Shown: in pieces, positions 38,953 to 52,956 of the stretch
How positions within the stretch are numbered: position 1 is the first letter of the stretch
Layout of the letters: every line of letters begins with the position of its first letter
Source: Eledone cirrhosa
Lineage: Eukaryota
Direction: 5' to 3'
Length of the DNA stretch: 64,000 nt
NCBI GenBank assembly: GCA_964016885.1
Contig: OZ024742.1
Location: 348,192,001-348,256,000 of the forward strand
Position numbers and translations under genes: made by a program
The notes under the pieces: generated by a model
Seen by the model: only the letters and a program-made list of their open reading frames with translations
Databases searched by the model: none
What the model was told of the DNA's origin: nothing

Positions 38953-41900
38953 ACATGGGTCATGGGTGGCAGGTGGATCAATTGACATGGGTGGCAGGTG
39001 GATCAGTTGATATGGGTGGCAGGTGGATCAGTTGACATGGGTGGCAGGTAGATCAGTTGACATGGGTGGCAGGTGGATCAGTTGACATGGGTGGCAGGTG
39101 GATCAGTTGACATGGGTGGCAGGTGGATCAGTTGACATGGGTGGCAGGTGGATCAATTGACATGGGTGGCAGGTAGATCAGTTGACATGGGTGGCAGGTG
39201 GATCAGTTGACATGGGTGACAGGTAGATCAGTTGACATGGGTGGCAGGTAGATCAGTTGACATGGGTGGCAGGTGGATCAGTTGACATGGGTGGCAGGTG
39301 GATCAGTTGACATGGGTGGCAGGTGGATCAATTGACATGGGTGGCAGGTGGATCAGTTGACATGGGTGGCAGGTGGATCAGTTGACATGGGTGGCAGGTG
39401 GATCAATTGATATGGGTGGCAGGTAGATCAGTTGACATGGATGGCAGGTGGATCAGTTGACATGGATGGCAGGTGGATCAGTTGACATGGGTGGCAGGTA
39501 GATCAGTTGACATGGGTGGCAGGTAGATCAGTTGACATGGGTGGCAGGTGGATCAGTTGACATGGATGGCAGGTGGATCAGTTGACATGGGTGGCAGGTA
39601 GATCAGTTGACATGGGTGGCAGGTAGATCAGTTGACATGGGTGGCAGGTAGATCAGTTGACATGGGTGGCAGGTGGATCAGTTGACATGGATGGCAGGTA
39701 GATCAGTTGACATGGGTGGCAGGTAGATCAATTGATATGGGTGGCAGGTAGATCAGTTGACATGGGTGGCAGGTAGATCAGTTGACATGGGTGGCAGGTG
39801 GATCAGTTGACATGGATGGCAGGTGGATCAGTTGACATGGGTGGCAGGTGGATCAGTTGACATGGATGGCAGGTGGATCAGTTGACATGGGTGGCAGGTA
39901 GATCAGTTGACATGGGTGGCAGGTAGATCAGTTGACATGGGTGGCAGGTGGATCAGTTGACATGGATGGCAGGTGGATCAGTTGACATGGGTGGCAGGTA
40001 GATCAGTTGACATGGGTGGCAGGTAGATCAGTTGACATGGGTGGCAGGTAGATCAGTTGACATGGGTGGCAGGTGGATCAGTTGACATGGATGGCAGGTG
40101 GATCAGTTGACATGGGTGGCAGGTGGATCAGTTGACATGGATGGCAGGTAGATCAGTTGACATGGGTGGCAGGTGGATCAGTTGACATGGGTGGCAGGTA
40201 GATCAGTTGACATGGGTGGCAGGTAGATCAGTTGACATGGGTGGCAGGTAGATCAGTTGACATGGGTGGCAGGTGGATCAGTTGACATGGGTGGCAGGTG
40301 GATCAGTTGACATGGGTGGCAGGTGGATCAATTGACATGGGTGGCAGGTAGATCAGTTGACATGGGTGGCAGGTGGATCAGTTGACATGGGTGACAGGTA
40401 GATCAGTTGACATGGGTGGCAGGTAGATCAGTTGACATGGGTGGCAGGTGGATCAGTTGACATGGGTGGCAGGTGGATCAGTTGACATGGGTGGCAGGTG
40501 GATCAATTGACATGGGTGGCAGGTAGATCAGTTGACATGGGTGGCAGGTAGATCAGTTGACATGGGTGGCAGGTAGATCAGTTGACATGGGTGGCAGGTA
40601 GATCAGTTGACATGGGTGGCAGGTAGATCAGTTGACATGGGTGGCAGGTGGATCAGTTGACATGGATGGCAGGTGGATCAGTTGACATGGGTGGCAGGTG
40701 GATCAGTTGACATGGATGGCAGGTAGATCAGTTGACATGGGTGGCAGGTGGATCAGTTGACATGGGTGGCAGGTAGATCAGTTGACATGGGTGGCAGGTA
40801 GATCAGTTGACATGGGTGGCAGGTAGATCAGTTGACATGGGTGGCAGGTGGATCAGTTGACATGGGTGGCAGGTGGATCAGTTGACATGGGTGGCAGGTG
40901 GATCAATTGACATGGGTGGCAGGTAGATCAGTTGACATGGGTGGCAGGTGGATCAGTTGACATGGGTGACAGGTAGATCAGTTGACATGGGTGGCAGGTA
41001 GATCAGTTGACATGGGTGGCAGGTGGATCAGTTGACATGGGTGGCAGGTGGATCAGTTGACATGGGTGGCAGGTGGATCAATTGACATGGGTGGCAGGTA
41101 GATCAGTTGACATGGGTGGCAGGTAGATCAGTTGACATGGGTGGCAGGTAGATCAGTTGACATGGGTGGCAGGTAGATCAGTTGACATGGGTGGCAGGTA
41201 GATCAGTTGACATGGGTGGCAGGTAGATCAGTTGACATGGGTGGCAGGTAGATCAGTTGACATGGGTGGCAGGTGGATCAGTTGACATGGGTGGCAGGTG
41301 GATCAGTTGACATGGATGGCAGGTGGATCAGTTGACATGGATGGCAGGTGGATCAGTTGACATGGGTGGCAGGTGGATCAGTTGACATGGGTGGCAGGTG
41401 GATCAGTTGACATGGGTGGCAGGTAGATCAGTTGACATGGGTGGCAGGTAGATCAGTTGACATGGATGGCAGGTGGATCAGTTGACATGGGTGGCAGGTG
41501 GATCAATTGACATGGATGGCAGGTGGATCAATTGATATGGGTGGCAGGTGGATCAGTTGACATGGGTGACAGGTAGATCAGTTGACATGGGTGACAGGTA
41601 GATCAGTTGACATGGGTGGCAGGTAGATCAGTTGACATGGGTGGCAGGTAGATCAGTTGACATGGGTGGCAGGTAGATCAGTTGACATGGGTGGCAGGTA
41701 GATCAGTTGACATGGGTGGCAGGTAGATCAGTTGACATGGGTGGCAGGTAGATCAGTTGACATGGGTGGCAGGTGGATCAGTTGACATGGGTGGCAGGTG
41801 GATCAGTTGACATGGGTGACAGGTAGATCAGTTGACATGGATGGCAGGTGGATCAGTTGACATGGGTGGCAGGTGGATCAGTTGACATGGGTGACAGGTA

Positions 41901-44900
41901 GATCAGTTGACATGGATGGCAGGTGGATCAGTTGACATGGGTGGCAGGTGGATCAGTTGACATGGGTGACAGGTAGATCAGTTGACATAGGTGGCAGGTA
42001 GATCAGTTGACATGGATGGCAGGTGGATCAATTGATATGGGTGGCAGGTGGATCAGTTGACATGGGTGGCAGGTGGATCAGTTGACATGGGTGGCAGGTA
42101 GATCAGTTGACATGGATGGCAGGTGGATCAGTTGACATGGGTGACAGGTAGATCAGTTGACATGGATGGCAGGTAGATCAGTTGACATGGGTGGCAGGTG
42201 GATCAGTTGACATGGGTGACAGGTAGATCAGTTGACATGGGTGACAGGTAGATCAGTTGACATGGATGGCAGGTGGATCAGTTGACATGGGTGGCAGGTG
42301 GATCAGTTGACATGGGTGGCAGGTAGATCAGTTGACATGGGTGGAAGGTGGATCAATTGACATGGGTGGCAGGTAGATCAGTTGACATGGGTGGCAGGTA
42401 GATCAGTTGACATGGGTGGCAGGTAGATTAGTTGACATGGGTGGCAGGTAGATCAGTTGACATGGGTGGCAGGTGGATCAGTTGACATGGGTGGCAGGTG
42501 GATCAATTGATATGGGTGGCAGGTAGATCAGTTGACATGGGTGGAAGGTGGATCAATTGACATGGGTGGCAGGTAGATCAGTTGACATGGGTGGCAGGTG
42601 GATCAGTTGACATGGGTGGCAGGTAGATTAGTTGACATGGGTGGCAGGTAGATCAGTTGACATGGGTGGCAGGTGGATCAGTTGACATGGGTGGCAGGTG
42701 GATCAATTGATATGGGTGGCAGGTGGATCAGTTGACATGGGTGGCAGGTAGATCAGTTGACATGGGTGGCAGGTGGATCAATTGATATGGGTGGCAGGTG
42801 GATCAGTTGACATGGGTGGCAGGTAGATCAGTTGACATGGGTGGCAGGTGGATCAATTGATATGGGTGGCAGGTGGATCAGTTGACATGGGTGGCAGGTG
42901 GATCAGTTGACATGGGTGGCAGGTGGATCAATTGATATGGGTGGCAGGTGGATCAGTTGACATGGGTGGCAGGTGGATCAGTTGACATGGGTGGCAGGTG
43001 GATCAGTTGACATGGGTGGCAGGTGGATCAATTGATATGGGTGGCAGGTGGATCAGTTGACATGGGTGGCAGGTAGATCAGTTGACATGGGTGGCAGGTG
43101 GATCAATTGATATGGGTGGCAGGTGGATCAGTTGACATGGGTGGCAGGTAGATCAGTTGACATGGGTGGCAGGTGGATCAATTGACATGGGTGGCAGGTG
43201 GATCAGTTGACATGGGTGGCAGGTGGATCAGTTGACATGGGTGGCAGGTGGATCAATTGATATGGGTGGCAGGTAGATCAGTTGACATGGATGGCAGGTG
43301 GATCAGTTGACATGGGTGGCAGGTAGATCAGTTGACATGGGTGGCAGGTGGATCAATTGACATGGGTGGCAGGTGGATCAATTGATATGGGTGGCAGGTG
43401 GATCAGTTGACATGGGTGGCAGGTGGATCAATTGATATGGGTGGCAGGTAGATCAGTTGACATGGGTGGCAGGTAGATCAGTTGACATGGGTGGCAGGTG
43501 GATCAGTTGACATGGATGGCAGGTGGATCAGTTGACATGGGTGGCAGGTGGATCAGTTGACATGGATGGCAGGTGGATCAGTTGACATGGGTGGCAGGTA
43601 GATCAGTTGACATGGGTGGCAGGTAGATCAGTTGACATGGGTGGCAGGTAGATCAGTTGACATGGGTGGCAGGTGGATCAGTTGACATGGATGGCAGGTG
43701 GATCAGTTGACATGGGTGGCAGGTGGATCAGTTGACATGGATGGCAGGTGGATCAGTTGACATGGGTGGCAGGTAGATCAGTTGACATGGGTGGCAGGTA
43801 GATCAGTTGACATGGGTGGCAGGTGGATCAGTTGACATGGATGGCAGGTGGATCAGTTGACATGGGTGGCAGGTAGATCAGTTGACATGGGTGGCAGGTA
43901 GATCAGTTGACATGGGTGGCAGGTAGATCAGTTGACATGGGTGGCAGGTGGATCAGTTGACATGGATGGCAGGTGGATCAGTTGACATGGGTGGCAGGTG
44001 GATCAGTTGACATGGATGGCAGGTAGATCAGTTGACATGGGTGGCAGGTGGATCAGTTGACATGGGTGGCAGGTAGATCAGTTGACATGGGTGGCAGGTA
44101 GATCAGTTGACATGGGTGGCAGGTAGATCAGTTGACATGGGTGGCAGGTGGATCAGTTGACATGGGTGGCAGGTGGATCAGTTGACATGGGTGGCAGGTG
44201 GATCAATTGACATGGGTGGCAGGTAGATCAGTTGACATGGGTGGCAGGTAGATCAGTTGACATGGGTGGCAGGTGGATCAGTTGACATGGGTGGCAGGTG
44301 GATCAGTTGACATGGGTGGCAGGTAGATCAGTTGACATGGGTGGCAGGTGGATCAGTTGACATGGGTGGCAGGTGGATCAGTTGACATGGGTGGCAGGTG
44401 GATCAGTTGACATGGGTGGCAGGTGGATCAATTGACATGGGTGGCAGGTAGATCAGTTGACATGGGTGGCAGGTAGATCAGTTGACATGGGTGGCAGGTA
44501 GATCAGTTGACATGGGTGGCAGGTAGATCAGTTGACATGGGTGGCAGGTGGATCAGTTGACATGGGTGGCAGGTGGATCAGTTGACATGGATGGCAGGTG
44601 GATCAGTTGACATGGATGGCAGGTGGATCAGTTGACATGGGTGGCAGGTGGATCAGTTGACATGGGTGGCAGGTGGATCAGTTGACATGGGTGGCAGGTA
44701 GATCAGTTGACATGGATGGCAGGTAGATCAGTTGACATGGATGGCAGGTGGATCAGTTGACATGGATGGCAGGTGGATCAGTTGACATGGGTGGCAGGTG
44801 GATCAGTTGACATGGGTGGCAGGTAGATCAGTTGACATAGGTGGCAGGTAGATCAGTTGACATGGATGGCAGGTGGATCAGTTGACATGGGTGGCAGGTG

Positions 44901-45291
44901 GATCAATTGACATGGATGGCAGGTGGATCAATTGATATGGGTGGCAGGTGGATCAGTTGACATGGGTGACAGGTAGATCAGTTGACATGGGTGGCAGGTA
45001 GATCAGTTGACATGGGTGACAGGTAGATCAGTTGACATGGATGGCAGGTAGATCAGTTGACATGGGTGGCAGGTAGATCAGTTGACATGGGTGGCAGGTA
45101 GATCAGTTGACATGGATGGCAGGTGGATCAGTTGACATGGGTGGCAGGTAGATCAGTTGACATGGGTGACAGGTAGATCAGTTGACATGGATGGCAGGTG
45201 GATCAGTTGACATGGGTGGCAGGTGGATCAGTTGACATGGGTGGCAGGTAGATCAGTTGACATGGGTGGAAGGTGGATCAATTGACATGGG
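38953..45291. repeat. 25-bp G-rich minisatellite (gatcagttgacatgggtggcaggtR)n, about 250 copies
   Basis: 6.3 kb of tandem units in constant phase, with a few SNP variants. Confidence 0.98.
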
Positions 45292-45399
45292 CCTATGATT
45301 TTAAGTTGGATGAGGAGGCCTTGCTTCCTTCAAGTTCTAGTTCTTTTATTCTGTTCTGTTACAAATAAGTACATCATGTACACTATATGTGCAAGTATA

Positions 45400-46420
45400 C
45401 TCTGTAAAGTGATCATGTAGGTCTTATGTCAAACAGCACCCAGTCCACACTGTAAAGTAGTCATGTAGGTCTTATGTCAAACAGCACCCAGTCCACACTG
45501 TAAAGTGGTCATGTAGGTCTCATGTCAAACAGCACCCAGTCCACACTATAAAGTGGTCATGTAGGTCTCATGACAAACAGCACCCAGTCCACACTGTAAA
45601 GTGGTCATGTAGGTGTCATGACAAGCAGCACCCAGTCCACACTGTAAAGTGGTCATGTAGGTCTCATGACAAACAGCACCCAGTCCACACTGTAAAGTGG
45701 TCATGTAGGTGTCATGACAAGCAGCACCCAGTCCAGACTGTAAAGTAATTGTGTAGGTGTCATGACAAACAGCAACCAGTCCACACTGTAAAGTGGTTGT
45801 GTAGGTCTCATGACAAACAGCATCCAGTCCACACTGTAAAGTGGTCATGTAGGTCTCATGACAAACAGCATCCAGTCCACACTGTAAAGTAGTCATGTAG
45901 GTCTCATGACAACAGCACCCAGTCCACACTGTAAAGTGGTTGTATAGGTCTCATAACAACAGCACCCAGTCCACACTGTAAAGTGGTCATGTAGGTGTCA
46001 TGAAAAACAGCACCCAGTCCACACTGTAAAGTAGTCTTGTAGGTGTCATGACAAACAGTACCCAGCCCACACTGTAAAGTGGTTGTGTAGGTGTCATGAA
46101 AAACAGCACCCAGTCCACACTGTAAAGTGGTCGTGTAGGTCTCATGACAAAAAGCACCCAGTCCACACTGTAAAGTAGTCGTGTAGGTCTCATGACAAAA
46201 AGCACCCAGTCCACACTGTAAGGTGGTCGTGTAGGTGTCATGACAAAAAGCACCCAGTCCAGACTGTAAAGTAATTGTGTAGGTGTCATGACAAACAGCA
46301 CCCAGTCCACACTGTAAAGTGGTCATGTAGGTCTCATGACAAACAGTACCCAGTCCACACTGTAAATGTGGTTGGTGTTAGGAAGGGTATCTAGCTGTAG
46401 AAACCAAACCAGAAACAATT
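45400..46420 (+). repeat. 48-bp tandem array derived from an RTE 3'UTR subrepeat
   Basis: Unit cacccagtccacactgtaaagtggtcatgtaggtctcatgacaaacag; the array runs directly into RTE 3'UTR sequence tgtggttggtgttaggaaggg. Confidence 0.92.
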
Positions 46421-46524
46421 TCTGCACTAAAATTTCCTTCAAATATATTCTGTAGTGAACAGGTTGAAATAGGGCCTAAATTTCACATGTCAGAAATTAT
46501 TTCATGTTTTTTTGGTGGGAAGAG

Positions 46525-46835
46525 ACCCTACATTTCACATGGCCTGGGTTTGTTATCTTCTTGTGAGTGGATGGAGTCTATTACCTGCTTATGAAGGTCT
46601 ACATTTCACACCTGTCCTGGGTCTGTCACCTGCCTGGATGAGGTAGAGTGGGGCTACATTTCACACCTGTCCTGGGTCTATTACCTGCCTGGATGAGGTA
46701 GAATGGGGCTACATTTCACACCTGTCCTGGGTCTATTACCTGCCTGGATGAGGTAGAGTGGGGCTACATTTCACACCTGTCCTAGACCTGTTACCTGCAT
46801 GGCACGTACCTGCACAGAAAGAACACGGCAGACAC
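46525..46835 (+). repeat. 55-bp tandem (gggctacatttcacacctgtcctgggtctattacctgcctggatgaggtagagtg), about 5 units
   Basis: Units start at 46651, 46706 and 46761, with diverged units upstream. Confidence 0.85.
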
Positions 46836-47257
46836 AAAACCAATATTAATTCTTTCTAAAATTGACACAAGAGAGGGTCAGTTGATATCAACTGACCCTC
46901 TCTTCATTGGTTCTTTATTTCACCTCTCCCTCCCCACTGGAAAGATGAAAGGTAAAGTTGTCCTCATCTGAGAACATAAAGGACTGGCTCCTTACTAGTT
47001 TCAACTCTTAGATGGATCTAATGCTCTTTACCAAGTATGTGCCCCTTCCAAATATGTTAGCAACCTATATCAATTATAATTCTTTCCTTTAGGGGACAGA
47101 TTAAACCTGCAATGGCTCCCTGACAGCACATTTTGTAAGGGCCATTGTGTATTATTTAAGGTAGCAAAAAAACATAATTTTAGGCCTTTACATATTGGGA
47201 GTGGGTGTAGGGTGGGGCGCTACAACCCAGTCATCTGTATAGATATTTTGTTTTATA

Positions 47258-47636
47258 TACACTGACCAAGAAACTCACTCAGATGGTGGATGGGTGCTAC
47301 ACAAGAATGCTGAGGATGGCTCTGAATATTAATCAGTATACACTGAGGATGAAGAACTCAGAGCTGTACGGGAGCCTCCCAAAAGTCAGCTCAAAAGTGA
47401 CACAGAGGGACTGAGGTTAGCTGGACATGCTCACCGACATCCAGAGTTGACACTGCACTCAGTGCTCCTGTGGGAGCCCCTGCATGGACACACTGGAAGA
47501 CCGAGGTTAACATATGTTGATGCCCTAAGCACAGACACTGGTCTCTTGGAGATGCAGGACATGACGGCGATGTTGAGGGACAGAGACCACTGGAGAGAAC
47601 TCGTCCATGGATCTCAGGAATTTTACCTGGCTTAGA
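47258..47636 (+). mobile_element. 3' fragment of a distinct RTE-group LINE
   Basis: VDGCYTRMLRMALNI...ELYGSLPKVS...LRLAGHAHRH...LLWEP..GRPRLTYVD. Confidence 0.75.
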
Positions 47637-47984
47637 TATATATCATCATCATCATCATCTTCGTTTAACGTCCATCTTCCATATATGTATAAATATATAT
47701 ATGTATAAATATATGTATAAATATATATATTATTCAAAATGTTAACAAATGAAAAATATCCTCATAATCAAAATATATATTTTATTATACATATTTCAAA
47801 GGTACTATGGTGTTTAAGTACGTTTTCATCAGACAAAATATATGATATGTGACATACCACTACGGTTTTGATTATTCAATTCCAGTGAATAATATTAAAA
47901 ACTCCAGGAAAATCTACTGTTGAGTGCTTCTAATCTATTGTAATATTTTATTCGTTGAGTAATCAATGAACCATACTAATCTTT

Positions 47985-50005
47985 CATCATCAACATCATC
48001 ATCATCGTTTAAAGTCCATCTTCCACGCTTGCATGGGTTTGGACGGGAGTTTTCCCACTTAAGGCAAGATTGGTTGTCCTACTCGTATAGGACTGTCTGG
48101 CGGGTTTTCTACGGCTGGATGCCCTTCCTAACACCAACCACGTTTACAGTGTGTACTGGGAGGTTTTTACCGTGTTACCTACACGGCCACATTACAGCGT
48201 GGACTGTGTGTTTTTTTTGTCGTGACACCTACACGACCTCATTTGTTTCGGACTGGATGTTGTGGTACCAACATAACTTCACATTTAAGGGGATGGTGTG
48301 GATGGGGTGGGGATAGTGGGACGGGGGTGTGTTTCGTTAGAGGTGCCTACTGACTGTAGGTTTCGCTTTGTACTTAGGCAAGGCGGGTCTTCTGTATTAC
48401 TGTGTAGCGCCAAAGATCTCAGTCCAGTGACATTGCCTTGGAGAGGTGTAAGTGTGTGAGGTCGGAATTTATCAAGTCGTCCCAGGTTTTTCTGGGTCTG
48501 CCTACTCCGTAGCTACCGTCTATTTTTATCGCTCTGCACTTTTTTATACAGCTGTCGTCTTTCATGCTCATCACGTGACCGTACCAACGTAGTCTTCTCT
48601 CGAGTAAACAACATCTGATCTCTCTTATTCCTAATTTCTCCCTTAGTTCGTTTATGCTTTGCCGTTCACGTATATTACTATTACACATCCAGCGGAGCAT
48701 GCAAGCTTCGTTTCTCTCCAGTCTGCGTATATCCTCTGCACACAATGCACAGGTCTCACTGCCATGTAACATTGCTGTTCGTATGCAGGCATCATACAGC
48801 CTGCCTTTCATTTTTAGAGAGAACCCTTTAGCGGCCAATAGTGGTATAAGCTCTCTGAACTTTTTCCATCCCGTTCTGACTCTAGCTACTGTACTTTCAG
48901 AGCACCCTCCCCCACTGCTGATTTTGTCACCCAGGTAACGGAAGCTGTCCACTATTTCTATTGAACCATCTGTGCAATGGAATGAGTTAGTATTCTGTGG
49001 GCACTTGCTGCTACTTATTGCACCAGAGCACCGGCCACATATAAAATCTATATTCTTAGTTAGCTTATCTGTGATCCCACTACATCTTTTATGTACCCAT
49101 ACTTTGCATTTGGGACATAAAATGGAGTTTCTGCCTACTTCTTTCCTACACACTGAGCATGGCCATTTCCCAGATGGGACCGGTGCCCTATTTTCCTTCC
49201 TACAAACTAGAACTTTAGTCTTAGACAAGTTAATTTTAAGGCCTTTTGATTCTAGGCCATGCTTCCATGTTTGGAATTTCTTCTCTAGTTCAGCCATTGA
49301 TTCAGCTACAAGCGTTAGATCATCTGCATATAGGAGTTCCCATGGGCAGCCGGTCTTGAACTCCTCTGTTATAGCCTGAAGGGCAATAATAAATAGTAGG
49401 GGGCTAAGGATGGATCCCTGATGAACACCAACTTTTGCGCTAAACTCTTCACTATATTCGTTGTTAATTCTAACCTTGCTGACTGTTTCTTTATACATGG
49501 CTTGTATAGCTCTCACAAGCCATTCATCAACACCTAGTTTTCTAAGGGCCCACCAGATAATCGAGCGGGGTACTCTGTCAAAGGCTTTCTCCAAGTCAAC
49601 AAAAGTTAAGTATAGGGGCTTACTTTTAGCTAGGTACTTCTCTTGTAGTTGTCGTACAATGAAAAGAGCGTCTGTGATACTTTTACCTGACACAAACCCG
49701 AACTGCATTTCATCTAGATCAATTCGTTCTGATTAGTTGTGCTATTACTTTTTCTGTGACCTTCATGACCTGGTCAATTAATTTAATGCCTCTATAGTTT
49801 CCCCTATCTAGGGCATCACCTTTACCCTTGTAGCAGTTAATGATGATGCTGCTGCGCCAGTCTTTCGGAACGACCCCATTCTGTATGACTTGGTTTACTA
49901 TCCGGGTGACCATAGTGGGTCCCACCGTTCCAGATGCTTTCAGCATTTCGGCAACTATTTCCGAAGGCCCGGCCACCTTGCCCGTCTTCATGTCTTTGAT
50001 CGCCT
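47985..50005 (-). mobile_element. RTE-clade LINE, 5'-truncated
   Basis: RT with LLYADD and PHD insert, (GAT)n tail; same family as 53391-56920. Confidence 0.96.
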
Positions 50006-50693
50006 TAAAATATATATATGTATAAATATATATATGTATAAATATATATATGGATAAATATATATATGGATAAATATATATATATATATGTATATGAGGG
50101 CTGCCCCTTCGTTATCGAGTATGGCCCTTGCACGATATACCATTATTAATAATTATTAATTAATTCTCTCATGCAATGCCTGTGCGCGAAGATATTTTTT
50201 AAAGTCAGGAAAGACTGTGCACTGAGCCAATCCCACTCTCTGAGCGACAGTAACTATAATCCGAAAAGAAGAAAAGATCAACATCATCGGTAACTATTGA
50301 GCTGCAGGTTTTATATCAGAGTTATCCCAGTTTCCTGAGTTGCTTTCTCCTAGAAGAATGCCCTGACAAAGGCTAGGGGTCCTTCACTCCCAGTGGTTTA
50401 ACCGCACGATTGGATGTCCAGCCTGACTATTTCTATGTCCCCACGCATATACATACACATGCACCCATGCATATACACATATACATATACATACATATAT
50501 GTATATATACTATCCTGATGTCTTCCAAAAGTAATGGTCGCATTTTGAAAGGGTATGTCAATATTTATTTATAAAACTGGTACATATTGTATTTTGTCTG
50601 ATGAAAGCATACCATAATTTAACATGGTATCCTTGAAATATGTATAATAAAATAGATATGGTTTTATAAATATAGTTTCCATTTGTTAATATC

Positions 50694-50731
<38 letters not shown>

Positions 50732-50826
50732 AGATGATATCAAAAATGCAACTGGAGTCTTATTTAAAAAAACATATATATATTTATTTGGTTCCTTTAT
50801 CGGTTTCGCAGTTCTTCTGCTTTTCA

Positions 50827-50911
50827 AAAGTAGAGTTGAGATCGAGGGTCTGTGGTTTTTCTCACATCAGATGTGAGAAAAACAACAGGCCCTCCATCTC
50901 AACTATACTTT
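50827..50911. repeat. Near-perfect palindrome with 42-bp arms and 1-nt centre
   Basis: aaagtagagttgagatcgagggtctgtggtttttctcacatc A gatgtgagaaaaacaacaggccctccatctcaactatacttt; 38 of 42 positions pair Watson-Crick. Confidence 0.9.
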
Positions 50912-50962
50912 CACTCGTGTAGGACACCTCGGTTATTTTTCATTTTGTAAAAAAACCCTCAC

Positions 50963-51092
<130 letters not shown>

Positions 51093-51421
51093 GGATACCT
51101 GGGTCCATAGAACAGCATGTTTAGTGCCAATCTCGCACAATACCTTTTGTATCTCTTTATAAGTTTCTCTAAATAAAAGTTTTCATAGATAAGTTTTTAA
51201 ATAGATTTTTAAACATAAAAAAAGCATTGTTTTGTTGTTTTTCTGCACATTTTAAAAAGATGTTTAGAGTAAAGAAGTAGTGGGAACCAACCTAAATACT
51301 TCACGGTACCTTATTTGGTTTGGTGCCACTTATTTCTGAGACAAGAAAATAACTACATCAAGTGCATTTATCCTTAAATAAAAATATGTTTGTGTAAAAA
51401 GGGACATCAATTTAGGTTCAT

Positions 51422-52878
51422 ACAAAGCTGGTAATAGGCCCAAGGCCAAATGTAAAATGTTTTCCCTAAAGTTGGTAATAGACCCAGGGCCAGATGTAAA
51501 ATGTTGGCCTTGCCAAATAGCACCAAAGCTAGTAATAGACCCAGGGCCAGGTGTAAAATGTTGGACTTGCCCCTCACCACCAAAGCTAGTAATAGACCCA
51601 GGGCCAGGTGTAAAATGTTGGCCTTGCCCCACACCACCAAAGCTGGTAATAGACCCAGGGCCAGGTGTAAAATGTTGGCCTTGCCCCACACCACCAAAGC
51701 TAGTAATAGACCCAGGGCCAGGTGTAAAATGTTGGCCTTGCCCCACACCACCAAAGCTGGTAATAGACCCAGGGCCAGGTGTAAAATGTTGGCCTTGCCC
51801 CACACCACCAAAGCTAGTAATAGACCCAGGGCCAGGTGTAAAATGTTGGCCTTGCCCCACACCACCAAAGCTGGTAATAGACCCAGGGCCAGGTGTAAAA
51901 TGTTGGCCTTTCCCCACACCACCAAAGCTGGTAATAGACCCAGGGCCAGGTGTAAAATGTTGGACTTGCCCCACACCACCAAAGCTGGTAATAGACCCAG
52001 GGCCAGTTGTAAAATGTTGGCCTTGCCCCACACCACCAAAGCTAGTAATAGACCCAGGGCCAGGTGTAAAATGTTGGCCTTGCCCCACACCACCAAAGCT
52101 GGGAATAGACCCAGAGCCAGGTGTAAAATGTTGGCCTTGCCCCACACCACCAAAGCTGGTAATAGACCCAGGGCCAGGTGTAAAATGTTGGCCTTTCCCC
52201 ACACCACCAAAGCTGGTAATAGACCCAGGGCCAGGTGTAAAATGTTGGACTTGCCCCACACCACCAAAGCTGGTAATAGACCCAGGGCCAGGTGTAAAAT
52301 GTTGGACTTGCCCCACACCACCAAAGCTGGTAATAGACCCAGGGCCAGGTGTAAAATGTTGGCCTTGCCCCACACCACCAAAGCTGGTAATAGACCCAGG
52401 GCCAGGTGTAAAATGTTGGCCTTGCCCCTCACCACCAAAGCTGGTAATAGACCCAGGGCCAGGTGTAAAATGTTGGCCTTGCCCCACACCACCAAAGCTG
52501 GTAATAGACCCAGGGCCAGGTGTAAAATGTTGGCCTTTCCCCACTCCACCAAAGCTGGTAATAGACCCAGGGCCAGGTGTAAAATGTTGGCCTTGCCCCA
52601 CACCACCAAAGCTAGTAATAGACCCAGGGCCAGGTGTAAAATGTTGGCCTTGCCCCTCACCACCAAAGCTGGTAATAGACCCAGGGCCAGGTGTAAAATG
52701 TTGGCCTTTCCCCACACCACCAAAGCTGGTAATAGACCCAGGGCCAGGTGTAAAATGTTGGCCTTGCCCCTCACCACCAAAGCTGGTAATAGACCCAGGG
52801 CCAGGTGTAAAATGTTGGCCTTGCCCCTCACCACCAAAGCTGGTACTAGACCCAGGGCCAGGTGTAAAATGTTGGACC
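51422..52878. repeat. 57-bp minisatellite (aaagctggtaatagacccagggccaggtgtaaaatgttggccttgccccacaccacc)n
   Basis: About 25 units; several frames are open only because the unit length is divisible by 3. Confidence 0.97.
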
Positions 52879-52956
52879 ACACTCAATTTCAAGCTATTCA
52901 TTAAGTATTTTAGTTATCAGTGCAAAATATATATAATTTATATATGGGCTACTGGT

